From Escherichia coli (GTDB lineage: Bacteria > Pseudomonadota > Gammaproteobacteria > Enterobacterales > Enterobacteriaceae): a stretch of DNA of 64,000 nt. Numbering within the stretch: the stretch's first letter is position 1; every line of letters begins with the position of its first letter. The position numbers and the translations under genes are program-made. The stretch lies in NCBI RefSeq assembly GCF_003018235.1, contig NZ_CP027437.1; one strand, 5' to 3'. The notes under the pieces are model-generated. The model worked only from the letters and a program-made list of their open reading frames with translations. It was not told where the DNA came from and did not search any database. Below are positions 25,355 through 36,708 of the stretch, piece by piece.

Positions 25355-25496
25355 AGAAAGTTATCCTGAAAATGGTTCACTGAAAACCTACGACGTTATT
25401 GCTGTATTTACATATAATTAATCAGTATTTACATCGATATAATAAATGACATCTCTTTTTGGTATATAAGAATAGTTCTCTGTGACAGGAAGCATA

Positions 25497-25514
25497 TTCC
25501 TACAATTGTAAGGC
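25497..25514. promoter_or_regulatory. EvgA-box candidate, TTCCTACA-AT-TGTAAGGC, upstream of yfdX
   Basis: 18-bp inverted repeat matching the EvgA consensus as I recall it (TTCYTACA-N2-TGTARGAA); about 135 bp upstream of yfdX. Confidence 0.55.
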
Positions 25515-25649
25515 TAAAATACTTCTTGCGATAATAACTACAACTGTAAGATAACCCTTTCAAAATGAGCGTTGCTCTCTGATTTCTCATTTCATGCTCA
25601 CCCAATATGATGGCGGCGTTTTCTAAAACTGTTAAAGAATGAGGTAAGT

Positions 25650-26282
25650 ATGAAACGTTTAATTATGGCTACGATGGTCACAGCAATTCTGGCATCTTCA
25701 ACTGTATGGGCGGCTGATAATGCACCGGTAGCGGCACAACAGCAAACTCAGCAAGTTCAGCAAACCCAGAAAACGGCAGCAGCAGAGCGTATCTCTGAAC
25801 AAGGTTTATATGCGATGCGTGACGTGCAGGTAGCGCGCCTGGCTCTGTTTCATGGCGATCCGGAAAAGGCAAAAGAACTGACCAATGAAGCTTCAGCTTT
25901 GTTGTCAGATGACAGTACCGAATGGGCAAAGTTCGCTAAGCCAGGTAAAAAGACCAATGTCAATGATGACCAATATATTGTCATTAATGCATCTATCGGA
26001 ATTTCTGAGAGTTATGTAGCGACACCCGAAAAAGAAGCCGCGATAAAAATTGCCAACGAAAAAATGGCGAAAGGGGATAAAAAGGGCGCAATGGAAGAGC
26101 TTCGCCTGGCCGGTGTTGGCGTAATGGAAAACCAATATCTGATGCCGCTCAAACAGACTCGTAATGCACTTGCTGATGCGCAGAAACTGCTTGATAAAAA
26201 GCAATACTACGAGGCAAACCTGGCGCTTAAAGGTGCGGAAGATGGAATCATCGTCGATAGCGAAGCACTGTTTGTGAACTAA
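25650..26282 (+). CDS. yfdX: periplasmic protein of the EvgA regulon, 210 aa
   Basis: ORF track; signal peptide; synteny. Confidence 0.8.
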   Translation: MKRLIMATMVTAILASSTVWAADNAPVAAQQQTQQVQQTQKTAAAERISEQGLYAMRDVQVARLALFHGDPEKAKELTNEASALLSDDSTEWAKFAKPGKKTNVNDDQYIVINASIGISESYVATPEKEAAIKIANEKMAKGDKKGAMEELRLAGVGVMENQYLMPLKQTRNALADAQKLLDKKQYYEANLALKGAEDGIIVDSEALFVN

Positions 26283-26339
26283 CGCTGACAGGCAGTATAT
26301 TGAGGTAAAGGATTTAACTCCCTCCAGCCGACAATTTTT

Positions 26340-26370
26340 TATGACCACAATACGACAGATTGTGGTCATA
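26340..26370. repeat. perfect 12-bp-arm inverted repeat tatgaccacaat-N7-attgtggtcata between yfdX and frc (hairpin or operator)
   Basis: read directly; flanked by a T-run upstream and an A-run downstream. Confidence 0.5.
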
Positions 26371-26793
26371 AAATTATTTGGCGCTCGCGGTTCTATAAAC
26401 TCGCATTTTATCTTCCTCAAAGTAAACCGCAATAATCCCGTGTCATCACAAATCATTTATTATGTTATGTTTTATGGTACGCTTTAAAAATCGTAATCAT
26501 ACCCTTACTTGTAAATCACCGGCGCTTCTTACAGTTGTAAGAATAACATCACAAATGTCGCGGCTCTCTCTGATTACCGCGAACCAATATTTATCATATT
26601 CTTCTTTTCGTCCTCACTACTTACCATGCAGAAAGGAATTGGAAGTAGCGATGAAATGATTTTCAGTACTTGATACAGGAATTTAAAAATATCGAGTGCA
26701 GCTACGACGATATTTTGCGGATTATTTATAGAGGCGTTATGTCTTAAATAAACGCTAAATTAACACATATTTAATTAACTAATAGGTATTGCT

Positions 26794-28044
26794 ATGTCAA
26801 CTCCACTTCAAGGAATTAAAGTTCTCGATTTCACCGGTGTGCAATCTGGCCCATCTTGTACTCAAATGCTGGCCTGGTTTGGCGCTGACGTCATTAAAAT
26901 TGAACGTCCCGGCGTTGGTGACGTAACGCGTCACCAGCTGCGAGATATTCCTGATATCGATGCGCTTTACTTCACCATGCTTAACAGTAACAAACGTTCT
27001 ATTGAATTAAATACCAAAACAGCGGAAGGCAAAGAGGTAATGGAAAAGCTGATCCGCGAAGCTGATATCTTAGTCGAGAACTTTCATCCTGGGGCCATTG
27101 ATCACATGGGCTTCACCTGGGAGCATATTCAAGAAATCAATCCACGTTTGATTTTTGGTTCGATCAAAGGGTTTGATGAGTGTTCGCCTTATGTGAATGT
27201 AAAAGCCTATGAAAACGTTGCTCAGGCAGCGGGTGGCGCGGCATCCACTACGGGTTTTTGGGACGGTCCGCCGCTGGTAAGCGCTGCAGCGTTGGGTGAC
27301 AGCAACACCGGAATGCATTTACTGATCGGTTTACTTGCTGCTTTGCTGCATCGCGAAAAAACGGGGCGTGGGCAACGAGTCACCATGTCAATGCAGGATG
27401 CCGTATTGAACCTTTGCCGCGTGAAATTACGCGACCAGCAGCGTCTCGATAAATTGGGTTATCTGGAAGAATACCCGCAGTATCCGAATGGCACATTTGG
27501 TGATGCAGTTCCCCGCGGAGGTAATGCGGGTGGTGGCGGTCAGCCTGGCTGGATCCTGAAATGTAAAGGCTGGGAAACCGATCCTAACGCCTATATTTAT
27601 TTCACTATTCAGGAGCAAAACTGGGAAAACACCTGTAAAGCCATCGGCAAACCAGATTGGATTACCGATCCGGCATACAGTACAGCCCATGCCCGACAGC
27701 CACATATTTTCGATATTTTTGCTGAAATCGAAAAATACACTGTCACTATTGATAAACATGAAGCGGTGGCCTATTTGACTCAGTTTGATATTCCTTGTGC
27801 ACCGGTTTTAAGTATGAAAGAAATTTCACTTGATCCCTCTTTGCGCCAAAGTGGCAGTGTTGTTGAAGTGGAACAACCGTTGCGTGGAAAATATCTGACA
27901 GTTGGTTGTCCAATGAAATTCTCTGCCTTTACGCCGGATATTAAAGCTGCGCCGCTATTAGGTGAACATACCGCTGTGGTATTGCAGGAGCTGGGTTATA
28001 GCGACGATGAAATTGCTGCAATGAAGCAAAACTACGCCATCTGA
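26794..28044 (+). CDS. frc: formyl-CoA:oxalate CoA-transferase, 416 aa
   Basis: ORF track; CoA-transferase family III; synteny (yfdW). Confidence 0.85.
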   Translation: MSTPLQGIKVLDFTGVQSGPSCTQMLAWFGADVIKIERPGVGDVTRHQLRDIPDIDALYFTMLNSNKRSIELNTKTAEGKEVMEKLIREADILVENFHPGAIDHMGFTWEHIQEINPRLIFGSIKGFDECSPYVNVKAYENVAQAAGGAASTTGFWDGPPLVSAAALGDSNTGMHLLIGLLAALLHREKTGRGQRVTMSMQDAVLNLCRVKLRDQQRLDKLGYLEEYPQYPNGTFGDAVPRGGNAGGGGQPGWILKCKGWETDPNAYIYFTIQEQNWENTCKAIGKPDWITDPAYSTAHARQPHIFDIFAEIEKYTVTIDKHEAVAYLTQFDIPCAPVLSMKEISLDPSLRQSGSVVEVEQPLRGKYLTVGCPMKFSAFTPDIKAAPLLGEHTAVVLQELGYSDDEIAAMKQNYAI

Positions 28045-28097
28045 TATTAACGGGGGCTTTTGGCTCCCAATTTATAAAAATTTCGAGGTTATTAATC

Positions 28098-29792
28098 ATG
28101 TCAGATCAACTTCAAATGACAGATGGTATGCATATCATCGTTGAAGCATTAAAACAGAATAATATTGACACTATTTATGGTGTTGTAGGTATTCCTGTGA
28201 CGGATATGGCACGCCATGCCCAGGCGGAAGGCATTCGTTATATTGGTTTTCGTCATGAGCAGTCGGCAGGCTATGCCGCTGCGGCAAGCGGTTTTCTTAC
28301 CCAAAAACCGGGGATCTGCCTGACAGTTTCTGCGCCAGGATTCCTCAATGGTTTGACCGCATTGGCCAACGCAACGGTAAATGGTTTTCCGATGATCATG
28401 ATTAGCGGCTCCAGCGACCGCGCGATCGTCGATCTCCAGCAAGGTGATTATGAAGAGCTGGACCAAATGAATGCGGCAAAACCGTATGCCAAAGCGGCGT
28501 TTCGCGTTAATCAGCCGCAGGATCTTGGCATTGCATTGGCACGCGCTATCCGGGTCTCAGTATCGGGTCGCCCTGGCGGAGTTTATCTTGATTTGCCAGC
28601 AAATGTCCTGGCCGCGACGATGGAAAAAGACGAAGCGTTAACCACGATTGTAAAAGTTGAAAATCCGTCGCCAGCATTATTGCCATGCCCGAAGTCAGTC
28701 GCTAGCGCAATTTCGCTTTTAGCAAAAGCTGAACGACCATTAGTTATCCTTGGCAAAGGCGCGGCGTATTCACAAGCGGATGAACAGCTTCGTGAATTTA
28801 TTGAAAGTGCCCAGATTCCATTCCTGCCAATGTCTATGGCGAAAGGGATCCTCGAAGATACACATCCACTTTCTGCGGCAACTGCGCGTTCGTTTGCCCT
28901 GGCAAATGCTGACGTTGTCATGCTTGTTGGTGCACGACTGAATTGGTTACTGGCACACGGTAAAAAAGGATGGGCGGCAGATACACAGTTTATTCAACTG
29001 GATATTGAACCGCAGGAAATTGACAGCAACCGCCCCATTGCTGTGCCAGTCGTTGGCGATATTGCATCCAGTATGCAAGGTATGCTGGCAGAACTGAAAC
29101 AAAACACATTTACGACTCCACTGGTATGGCGCGATATTTTAAATATCCACAAGCAGCAAAATGCACAAAAAATGCATGAAAAATTAAGTACAGATACTCA
29201 ACCATTAAATTACTTTAATGCATTAAGTGCTGTGCGCGATGTATTGCGCGAGAACCAGGATATTTATTTAGTTAATGAAGGTGCAAATACCCTGGATAAT
29301 GCACGAAATATTATTGATATGTATAAACCACGTCGCCGTCTGGATTGTGGTACCTGGGGTGTCATGGGCATCGGTATGGGCTATGCCATCGGTGCTAGCG
29401 TGACCTCTGGTTCTCCGGTTGTCGCCATTGAAGGTGATAGTGCTTTTGGTTTCAGTGGGATGGAGATTGAAACGATTTGTCGATATAACCTGCCGGTGAC
29501 GATCGTTATTTTTAATAATGGCGGCATCTACAGAGGAGACGGTGTTGATCTCAGTGGCGCTGGTGCACCATCACCAACAGATCTATTGCACCATGCAAGG
29601 TATGACAAATTAATGGATGCGTTTCGTGGCGTTGGCTATAACGTCACTACGACAGATGAACTTCGTCATGCTTTAACCACCGGTATTCAGTCGCGCAAAC
29701 CGACCATTATTAATGTGGTCATCGACCCTGCAGCAGGAACTGAAAGTGGCCATATTACCAAACTTAACCCAAAACAAATCGCTGGTAATTAA
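28098..29792 (+). CDS. oxc: oxalyl-CoA decarboxylase (ThDP-dependent), 564 aa
   Basis: ORF track; ThDP-enzyme fold; synteny (yfdU). Confidence 0.85.
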   Translation: MSDQLQMTDGMHIIVEALKQNNIDTIYGVVGIPVTDMARHAQAEGIRYIGFRHEQSAGYAAAASGFLTQKPGICLTVSAPGFLNGLTALANATVNGFPMIMISGSSDRAIVDLQQGDYEELDQMNAAKPYAKAAFRVNQPQDLGIALARAIRVSVSGRPGGVYLDLPANVLAATMEKDEALTTIVKVENPSPALLPCPKSVASAISLLAKAERPLVILGKGAAYSQADEQLREFIESAQIPFLPMSMAKGILEDTHPLSAATARSFALANADVVMLVGARLNWLLAHGKKGWAADTQFIQLDIEPQEIDSNRPIAVPVVGDIASSMQGMLAELKQNTFTTPLVWRDILNIHKQQNAQKMHEKLSTDTQPLNYFNALSAVRDVLRENQDIYLVNEGANTLDNARNIIDMYKPRRRLDCGTWGVMGIGMGYAIGASVTSGSPVVAIEGDSAFGFSGMEIETICRYNLPVTIVIFNNGGIYRGDGVDLSGAGAPSPTDLLHHARYDKLMDAFRGVGYNVTTTDELRHALTTGIQSRKPTIINVVIDPAAGTESGHITKLNPKQIAGN

Positions 29793-29861
29793 ATACTGAC
29801 ATCGTCTCCTCTTGCCAACTCATTATGCGATGGTGAGGGGACCCTTATCGGAAATACTATT

Positions 29862-30806
29862 ATGCTAACATTTTTTATTGGCGATTTATTGCCTATTATC
29901 GTAATCATGCTGTTGGGTTATTTTAGCGGCAGACGAGAAACTTTTTCAGAAGATCAAGCCCGGGCATTTAATAAACTGGTATTAAACTACGCTCTTCCTG
30001 CGGCTCTATTTGTATCTATTACCCGGGCAAACAGGGAAATGATTTTTGCGGACACTCGTCTGACCCTTGTATCACTTGTGGTTATTGTCGGATGTTTCTT
30101 TTTCTCCTGGTTCGGTTGCTACAAATTTTTTAAACGTACTCATGCAGAAGCAGCAGTATGTGCATTAATTGCAGGTTCACCTACCATTGGATTCCTGGGA
30201 TTTGCAGTTCTCGATCCTATTTATGGTGATTCCGTATCAACAGGTTTAGTTGTAGCAATTATTTCTATTATTGTTAACGCAATTACTATTCCTATTGGTC
30301 TGTATTTGCTGAATCCTTCCTCAGGAGCGGATGGTAAGAAGAATAGTAACCTGAGCGCATTAATTTCTGCGGCAAAGGAGCCAGTAGTATGGGCACCTGT
30401 TCTGGCAACGATCCTGGTGTTGGTTGGGGTAAAAATTCCGGCAGCATGGGACCCAACCTTTAATCTGATTGCGAAGGCTAACTCAGGGGTAGCGGTATTC
30501 GCTGCGGGGTTGACTCTGGCTGCACATAAATTCGAGTTCAGTGCCGAAATTGCTTATAACACCTTCCTGAAGCTGATTCTGATGCCACTGGCGCTGCTTC
30601 TCGTGGGTATGGCATGTCATTTGAACAGCGAACATCTGCAGATGATGGTACTGGCAGGCGCATTACCGCCGGCATTCTCCGGAATCATTATTGCAAGTCG
30701 GTTTAATGTCTACACCCGCACTGGTACAGCGTCATTGGCTGTGAGCGTACTGGGTTTTGTCGTCACGGCTCCCTTGTGGATTTATGTCAGTCGACTGGTT
30801 TCATAA
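29862..30806 (+). CDS. yfdV: AEC-family membrane transporter, 314 aa
   Basis: ORF track; synteny. Confidence 0.8.
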
Positions 30807-30879
30807 TTAATCATGTTATTGATTTTACATAAATGCCGAAGTGTCTTTTCACCTTCGGCTTTTTTCAAGGCATAAGCAA

Positions 30880-32025
30880 ATGACAAATAATGAATGCAAA
30901 GGGCCGTTTGAAGGCTTATTAGTTATCGATATGACACATGTCCTTAATGGACCTTTCGGAACTCAACTTCTTTGTAATATGGGCGCAAGGGTAATTAAAG
31001 TTGAGCCGCCGGGTCATGGTGATGATACCCGCACATTTGGTCCCTATGTGGATGGACAGTCACTCTATTACAGTTTTATTAATCATGGCAAAGAGAGTGT
31101 GGTTCTTGATTTAAAGAATGATCACGATAAAAGTATATTTATAAATATGCTTAAACAAGCTGATGTATTAGCTGAGAATTTTCGCCCAGGTACAATGGAA
31201 AAACTGGGGTTTTCATGGGAAACGCTACAAGAAATCAACCCGCGTCTCATATATGCTTCATCGTCAGGTTTTGGGCATACCGGCCCGCTAAAAGATGCTC
31301 CAGCCTACGATACCATCATTCAGGCAATGAGCGGGATAATGATGGAAACAGGGTACCCTGATGCTCCGCCAGTGCGCGTGGGTACCTCTCTTGCGGATTT
31401 ATGTGGCGGTGTCTATTTATTCAGCGGAATAGTGAGTGCACTTTATGGCCGCGAAAAGAGCCAGAGAGGGGCGCATGTCGATATAGCGATGTTTGATGCC
31501 ACGCTGAGTTTTCTGGAGCATGGTCTGATGGCATATATTGCGACAGGGAAGTCACCACAACGCCTGGGAAATCGCCATCCCTACATGGCACCTTTTGATG
31601 TTTTTGATACTCAGGATAAGCCGATTACTATTTGTTGTGGTAATGACAAGCTTTTTTCTGCGTTATGCCAGGCACTGGAGCTTACGGAACTGGTTAATGA
31701 TCCCCGATTTAGCAGCAATATTTTACGCGTACAAAACCAGGCTATTCTTAAACAATATATTGAGCGAACGTTAAAAACGCAGGCAGCTGAAGTTTGGTTA
31801 GCCAAAATACATGAAGTTGGTGTGCCCGTCGCGCCGTTATTAAGTGTGGCTGAGGCCATTAATTTGCCACAAACTCAGGCGAGAAATATGTTGATTGAAG
31901 CCGGGGGAATAATGATGCCAGGTAATCCGATAAAAATCAGCGGCTGCGCGGACCCGCATGTTATGCCGGGAGCGGCAACGCTCGACCAACATGGGGAACA
32001 AATTCGCCAGGAGTTCTCATCATAA
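30880..32025 (+). CDS. yfdE: CoA-transferase family III protein, about 381 aa (ORF extends to 30841)
   Basis: ORF track; paralogous to frc; synteny. Confidence 0.8.
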   Translation: MTNNECKGPFEGLLVIDMTHVLNGPFGTQLLCNMGARVIKVEPPGHGDDTRTFGPYVDGQSLYYSFINHGKESVVLDLKNDHDKSIFINMLKQADVLAENFRPGTMEKLGFSWETLQEINPRLIYASSSGFGHTGPLKDAPAYDTIIQAMSGIMMETGYPDAPPVRVGTSLADLCGGVYLFSGIVSALYGREKSQRGAHVDIAMFDATLSFLEHGLMAYIATGKSPQRLGNRHPYMAPFDVFDTQDKPITICCGNDKLFSALCQALELTELVNDPRFSSNILRVQNQAILKQYIERTLKTQAAEVWLAKIHEVGVPVAPLLSVAEAINLPQTQARNMLIEAGGIMMPGNPIKISGCADPHVMPGAATLDQHGEQIRQEFSS

Positions 32026-32080
32026 ATGTAAGATGTGCTGGTAAATAGCTCCCACATTTGAATATTGTGGGAGCCGCTAT

Positions 32081-35000
32081 TTAGTCATTTTGTTGACAGA
32101 AAACAGCTATCTCCTGGTCCAGCTCTGCAATGTGTTCTTTAACAGAGTTCAGCAGCTGAAGAATTTCAGGCTTACTGTCATCTGAAACAGGTGTTATTTC
32201 TAACTGATGGCTAAGATTAATCAACTTTTGCAAATTCAGGATGTTAGCTGCACCGTGGATGCGATGAATACACTGATGGAAAGTTCTGTTGTCGCCAGCT
32301 TCTAGTGCATGAAACGCAGCGGGTAGATCTTTATGCGTTTCATGCTGGAAAGTCATGAGAATCTCCTGCATCAGTTGTAGATCGTTCGCCGTATTATTTT
32401 TCAGGGCCTCGATATCAAGGTGGCGATACTGAGGTGCAATAGGCGCAACCTGGTGTAACTGACTTAAATGTGTTTTCAGTACATCCAGGGTCAACGGTTT
32501 GAACAAACATAAGTTCATGCCGCAATTTAACCCTTTTTCACGTTCGTTAGCCTGTGCGTTGGCTGTAAGCCCCCAGATGGGTAAGGAAGAATTTTGCTCA
32601 CGGAGTTTGCGAGTCAACTCAAAACCATCCATATTCGGCATATTAACGTCAGTAATAAGCAGATCATAATGTTGCATACTGACTTTGTGTAGCGCTTGCA
32701 CACCATCAGTTGCTTCATCAACATCATATCCTAATAGGTTTAGCTGGCGTTTGAGTAATAGCCTGTTGGTCGGATGATCATCCGCGATTAATATGCTCAA
32801 CTTTTCAGGGAGTGTCATGGGTTGTTCTGCTTTTGCCTCGACAGTCGCCACTTGTTGGGTAATTTCTACCGGGATTGTGATCGTAAATGTCGTTCCTATG
32901 CCTGGATGACTTTCTAATGACAAATCGCCCTGCATGTTTTTAATTAATTCTTTGCAGATCATTAAGCCTAAACCAGAACCTGTTTGCTGACGACCTGCAC
33001 TTGTTTGGCTATAGCGTTTAAACAGTTGTTGTTGTTCTTCCTGTGATAATCCACTTCCAGAATCCATAATCGTCATTTTGATTACAGCGTGGTTGTCATC
33101 AATGTTAACCAGGGAGGTCGTAATTTTTACTGCCCCCTCGGTGGTAAATTTGAGAGCATTGCTCAGTAAATTAGATAAGACCTGCTTAAACGCCTGAGGG
33201 TCGATCTTAACCAGGTAATGTTCAGGAAACGTACTGCTGCAACTTAATGCGATCGATTTGCTTGCAGCAATCGCACCGAAAGAGTGACAAGTGTTCTGGA
33301 CTAAAGTAGGGATATCGACCCATTGTGGTTGAAGTTGATAGTTACCCGACTCAATTTTGTCGACATCAAGGATTTCACCAATTAAGCCGAGGAGTGATTG
33401 TCCGGTGGCGTAGGCAAGTGAAATCGCCTCCACCCGTTGTTCCTTGCTAAGACCAGAACCCGACAGAAGTTCCAGGAAGCCCATAATGGAGCTTATTGGT
33501 GTTCTTATTTCGTGACTCATTGTTGCCAGAAACTGACTTTTTGCGACAGTTGCATTGATCGCTTTATTTCTCTCTACTTCGAGAGCGTGAATTAAATCAC
33601 GCGTCTCGGTAATATCTTGCCAACCACAAATATAAACAGCATGATCGCTGGCTGGCAGATTGCATAATGTATGCCAGTGATTAATGCATCTTTTCTCGAT
33701 GCCATTATCAATTTCAAATACCTGTGTGTATATTGTTCGATTTTCTTTCGTTTCTGCTGTGACTTCATGCGCATTAGAAAAAACATCTTTAAAGGGTGAG
33801 TCACTGTTTTCTAATGGTAACATTGCATTTTTGTAGTAATCCGCAGTGAAATAATGTTCAAAAGCACTATTATGACTAATGACATTACCTTGCCAGTTTA
33901 CAACATAAGTTGGATTCGGTAAGGAATCCGAGAGTGCTTTTCGGAATGATATTTGGTTTTCTAAATCACCCTGAATGACTTTACGACGACGAACTGAGCG
34001 TAACAGGTAGAATCCCCATAAAAGGCTACTGCCAACTAATAAAACGGATAATGTCGTGACAATATAAAATTGCTCGCTATAGAGGTCCCATGTGTCAATG
34101 GTCACATTGGGCATTTTAATCCATTTTTCCGTCAGGCGCAGAACTTCGCTTGGGGGAATTGCATTCAGTGCTTTATTAATAATATCCTTAAGTTCCGGTT
34201 CTCCGCGAGGAAAAGCGAACGAAAGCGATGCATTCGGAACGCCGGGAATAAGAAAATGATAAAGTTCATTAGGATAGTAATGGTCGATCATGTAACGTGA
34301 ATTTAACTGTGTCGCGACCAGAGCATCAAGTTCGCCTTCCTTGACCTTGTGAAATGCAGCGCTGGCGTTATCGACTTTTATCCACTCTACCTCCGGATAC
34401 ATCTCTTTTAATTGCGAATGAAGCTCATAATAATAGGGAATGGCAACTTTCATTCCTTTTTTTAATGTTTGTTCACTGTCAGGCGCTTTTTGCATGACAA
34501 AAACGTAAGGCGTTGTTATGAAGGCTTCAGCAAATAAAACATTATTTTCTCTATCTTCACTATAAATAGCGGCGGGCAATATATCCCATCCACCGGGGTT
34601 AAGCTGTGTCCCCGCATGAATATTGTGTGAAACGGTGATCGGAGAAAAATTTAAACCTGTTTGCAAGGTAATAATATTAAGAATATCACCCATCACGCCC
34701 CGAACTGAGCCAGTTTCATCTGTCATAGAATAGGGTGGCGAGTAAGGATTTTCCAGCACCTTTAAATCGGGATGCTGCTTAATCCACTGTTTTTCATGTT
34801 CAGTGAGTTCTAATGGTTTGTTCAGAAAGGCCAGGTTTCCTGTATCAAGCCAATTTTGTGATACTTCATAGCGAACTTCATTTGTTAAAGCATCAACAAA
34901 TCGATTGAGTACTTCATTAAGAACGACTGAATCTTTTCTGGTTAAGAAAAAGTTATATTGACGCGGCGAGTTATAATATTTCACTACATTTAAGGAGTGA

Positions 35001-35674
35001 GTGAAATAGCGGGAAATCATACTGCTGGTAATAATGTTACTACCAATAAAGTAATCATTCTGTCCGGCTGAGACGGATGCTAATGCCTGATATAAATTTG
35101 TAAAAGAGATAATTGTTGCTTTTGGAAATGATTGATGAATTACCTCATCTGGAGGGTAATTTGCTACCCGAGCAATATTTACTGGTTTTGATGAGGTAAG
35201 CGGTCTCATTGAATCGTGAAGGGTGGTGACCAGCGCCGGAAAGGTAATTATCAGCGGTTTGGTTGCAGCAATGTCATCATTAAGAGGCGGCGAAGCAACT
35301 AAATGTGATAACACTATATCGACTTCCCCTTCTGTAAGCGCGTCCATTGCTTTTTGATGATCTGCGTATTCCCGGAGTGTTAATTTGATATTTAACGCTC
35401 TTTTTAAAAGATTTAAATAATCAGCATTAATACCACGAACCCGTTGCTGCGAATCGGTATGCAACAAAGTAGCTGTTTGGGACTTGTGTACTGCAATCAC
35501 AAGATTTTTTTTGCTCGCTAACCAACGTAATTCCTTGTTGCTCAGACGTAGTGGATCAAGCGTGACACGGTTGTTACTACTGATGCCACGATATTCGATG
35601 TAATCTTCGTCTGCGAAACTTATGGTCGACCAAAGACCACAACAGAGAAGAATAATATAGGGTAAAAACTTCAT
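32081..35674 (-). CDS. evgS: hybrid sensor histidine kinase with periplasmic binding domains, HisKA/HATPase, receiver and HPt, 1197 aa
   Basis: ORF track; domain order recognisable; synteny. Confidence 0.9.
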   Translation of the reverse strand: MKFLPYIILLCCGLWSTISFADEDYIEYRGISSNNRVTLDPLRLSNKELRWLASKKNLVIAVHKSQTATLLHTDSQQRVRGINADYLNLLKRALNIKLTLREYADHQKAMDALTEGEVDIVLSHLVASPPLNDDIAATKPLIITFPALVTTLHDSMRPLTSSKPVNIARVANYPPDEVIHQSFPKATIISFTNLYQALASVSAGQNDYFIGSNIITSSMISRYFTHSLNVVKYYNSPRQYNFFLTRKDSVVLNEVLNRFVDALTNEVRYEVSQNWLDTGNLAFLNKPLELTEHEKQWIKQHPDLKVLENPYSPPYSMTDETGSVRGVMGDILNIITLQTGLNFSPITVSHNIHAGTQLNPGGWDILPAAIYSEDRENNVLFAEAFITTPYVFVMQKAPDSEQTLKKGMKVAIPYYYELHSQLKEMYPEVEWIKVDNASAAFHKVKEGELDALVATQLNSRYMIDHYYPNELYHFLIPGVPNASLSFAFPRGEPELKDIINKALNAIPPSEVLRLTEKWIKMPNVTIDTWDLYSEQFYIVTTLSVLLVGSSLLWGFYLLRSVRRRKVIQGDLENQISFRKALSDSLPNPTYVVNWQGNVISHNSAFEHYFTADYYKNAMLPLENSDSPFKDVFSNAHEVTAETKENRTIYTQVFEIDNGIEKRCINHWHTLCNLPASDHAVYICGWQDITETRDLIHALEVERNKAINATVAKSQFLATMSHEIRTPISSIMGFLELLSGSGLSKEQRVEAISLAYATGQSLLGLIGEILDVDKIESGNYQLQPQWVDIPTLVQNTCHSFGAIAASKSIALSCSSTFPEHYLVKIDPQAFKQVLSNLLSNALKFTTEGAVKITTSLVNIDDNHAVIKMTIMDSGSGLSQEEQQQLFKRYSQTSAGRQQTGSGLGLMICKELIKNMQGDLSLESHPGIGTTFTITIPVEITQQVATVEAKAEQPMTLPEKLSILIADDHPTNRLLLKRQLNLLGYDVDEATDGVQALHKVSMQHYDLLITDVNMPNMDGFELTRKLREQNSSLPIWGLTANAQANEREKGLNCGMNLCLFKPLTLDVLKTHLSQLHQVAPIAPQYRHLDIEALKNNTANDLQLMQEILMTFQHETHKDLPAAFHALEAGDNRTFHQCIHRIHGAANILNLQKLINLSHQLEITPVSDDSKPEILQLLNSVKEHIAELDQEIAVFCQQND

Positions 35675-35678
35675 GTGG

Positions 35679-36293
35679 TTAGCCGATTTTGTTACGTTGT
35701 GCGAATGTGTAAAGATCCATCAGTGATTTACATTCTAATTTTTCCATCAGGCGACTTTTATAAGTGCTGACAGTTTTGTTGCTGATGAACATTTTTTCCG
35801 CAATGTCATTATTATCCTTGCCATCAAGAATATATCGCATGACACTAATTTCTTGTTTCGATAAGGAGTCGAGTTTTTGCTGGTCGGACGTTAAACTTCC
35901 AACAAACCGGTTGAGAGAGAAGGGGAAATAGCAGTAGCCATTTTTTGCAGCTTCAATAGCCGCAATGATATTGTTCATGCCTTCTTTTTTACTCACGAAT
36001 CCATTAGCGCCAGCATCAGCACAATGTTTCCCGTAAAAATGGTCATTTTTAGCGGAGACGATAATAATAATTCCGCTATATTGGCGCTTCCTCAGCGTTT
36101 CTAACACCTGGATACCGTTAACTCCGGGGATATCGACATCAATGATGACGATATCAGGCTTAAGTGTTTCCACCCGCTGAACGGCACTTCCCCCTTCAGT
36201 CAACTCCGCTAAGATTTCAATATCGTTTTTGATCAATAAATTACGAATTGCTGCGATAGCAAGAGGATGGTCATCAATAATTATTGCGTTCAT
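35679..36293 (-). CDS. evgA: NarL/FixJ-family response regulator, 204 aa
   Basis: ORF track; receiver plus LuxR-type HTH. Confidence 0.9.
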   Translation of the reverse strand: MNAIIIDDHPLAIAAIRNLLIKNDIEILAELTEGGSAVQRVETLKPDIVIIDVDIPGVNGIQVLETLRKRQYSGIIIIVSAKNDHFYGKHCADAGANGFVSKKEGMNNIIAAIEAAKNGYCYFPFSLNRFVGSLTSDQQKLDSLSKQEISVMRYILDGKDNNDIAEKMFISNKTVSTYKSRLMEKLECKSLMDLYTFAQRNKIG

Positions 36294-36517
36294 AGATTAT
36301 TCCCTTTGCAATGAAGCATCTCCCTTCTCCCTGTAGTAATACAGACATAAGGCATCATCTCATTTTCTCAATAAAAATAAGAAAATTTGAGCTTCCTTTA
36401 AGATAATTCGACAAGTATACCATATAAATAGTCGGCATAAATGAAATGTCAACAATAAAATCAGGGATTGTACCGATGATTTATAGTTTCACATTAGCAC
36501 TATAAGTCTTCTCACTA

Positions 36518-36535
36518 ATCCTACATGCGTAAGAA
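36518..36535. promoter_or_regulatory. EvgA-box candidate, aTCCTACA-TG-CGTAAGAA, in the evgA–emrK divergent region
   Basis: 18-bp imperfect inverted repeat resembling the yfdX box; lies between evgA and emrK. Confidence 0.5.
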
Positions 36536-36708
36536 TTGTATTGCAAAAGCCACGGTTTAGTCCTCTGTTGTTTTTTTTGCACCTCATTTAAATTAGGCCT
36601 CCAACGTTCCTGGGACAATGTGCAACACATGCACTGTGTTTGATATGAAGAATGAATACTCTTTTCATTCAATTCATAAATTTCATCTATGCGAAATGAG
36701 AGATAATA

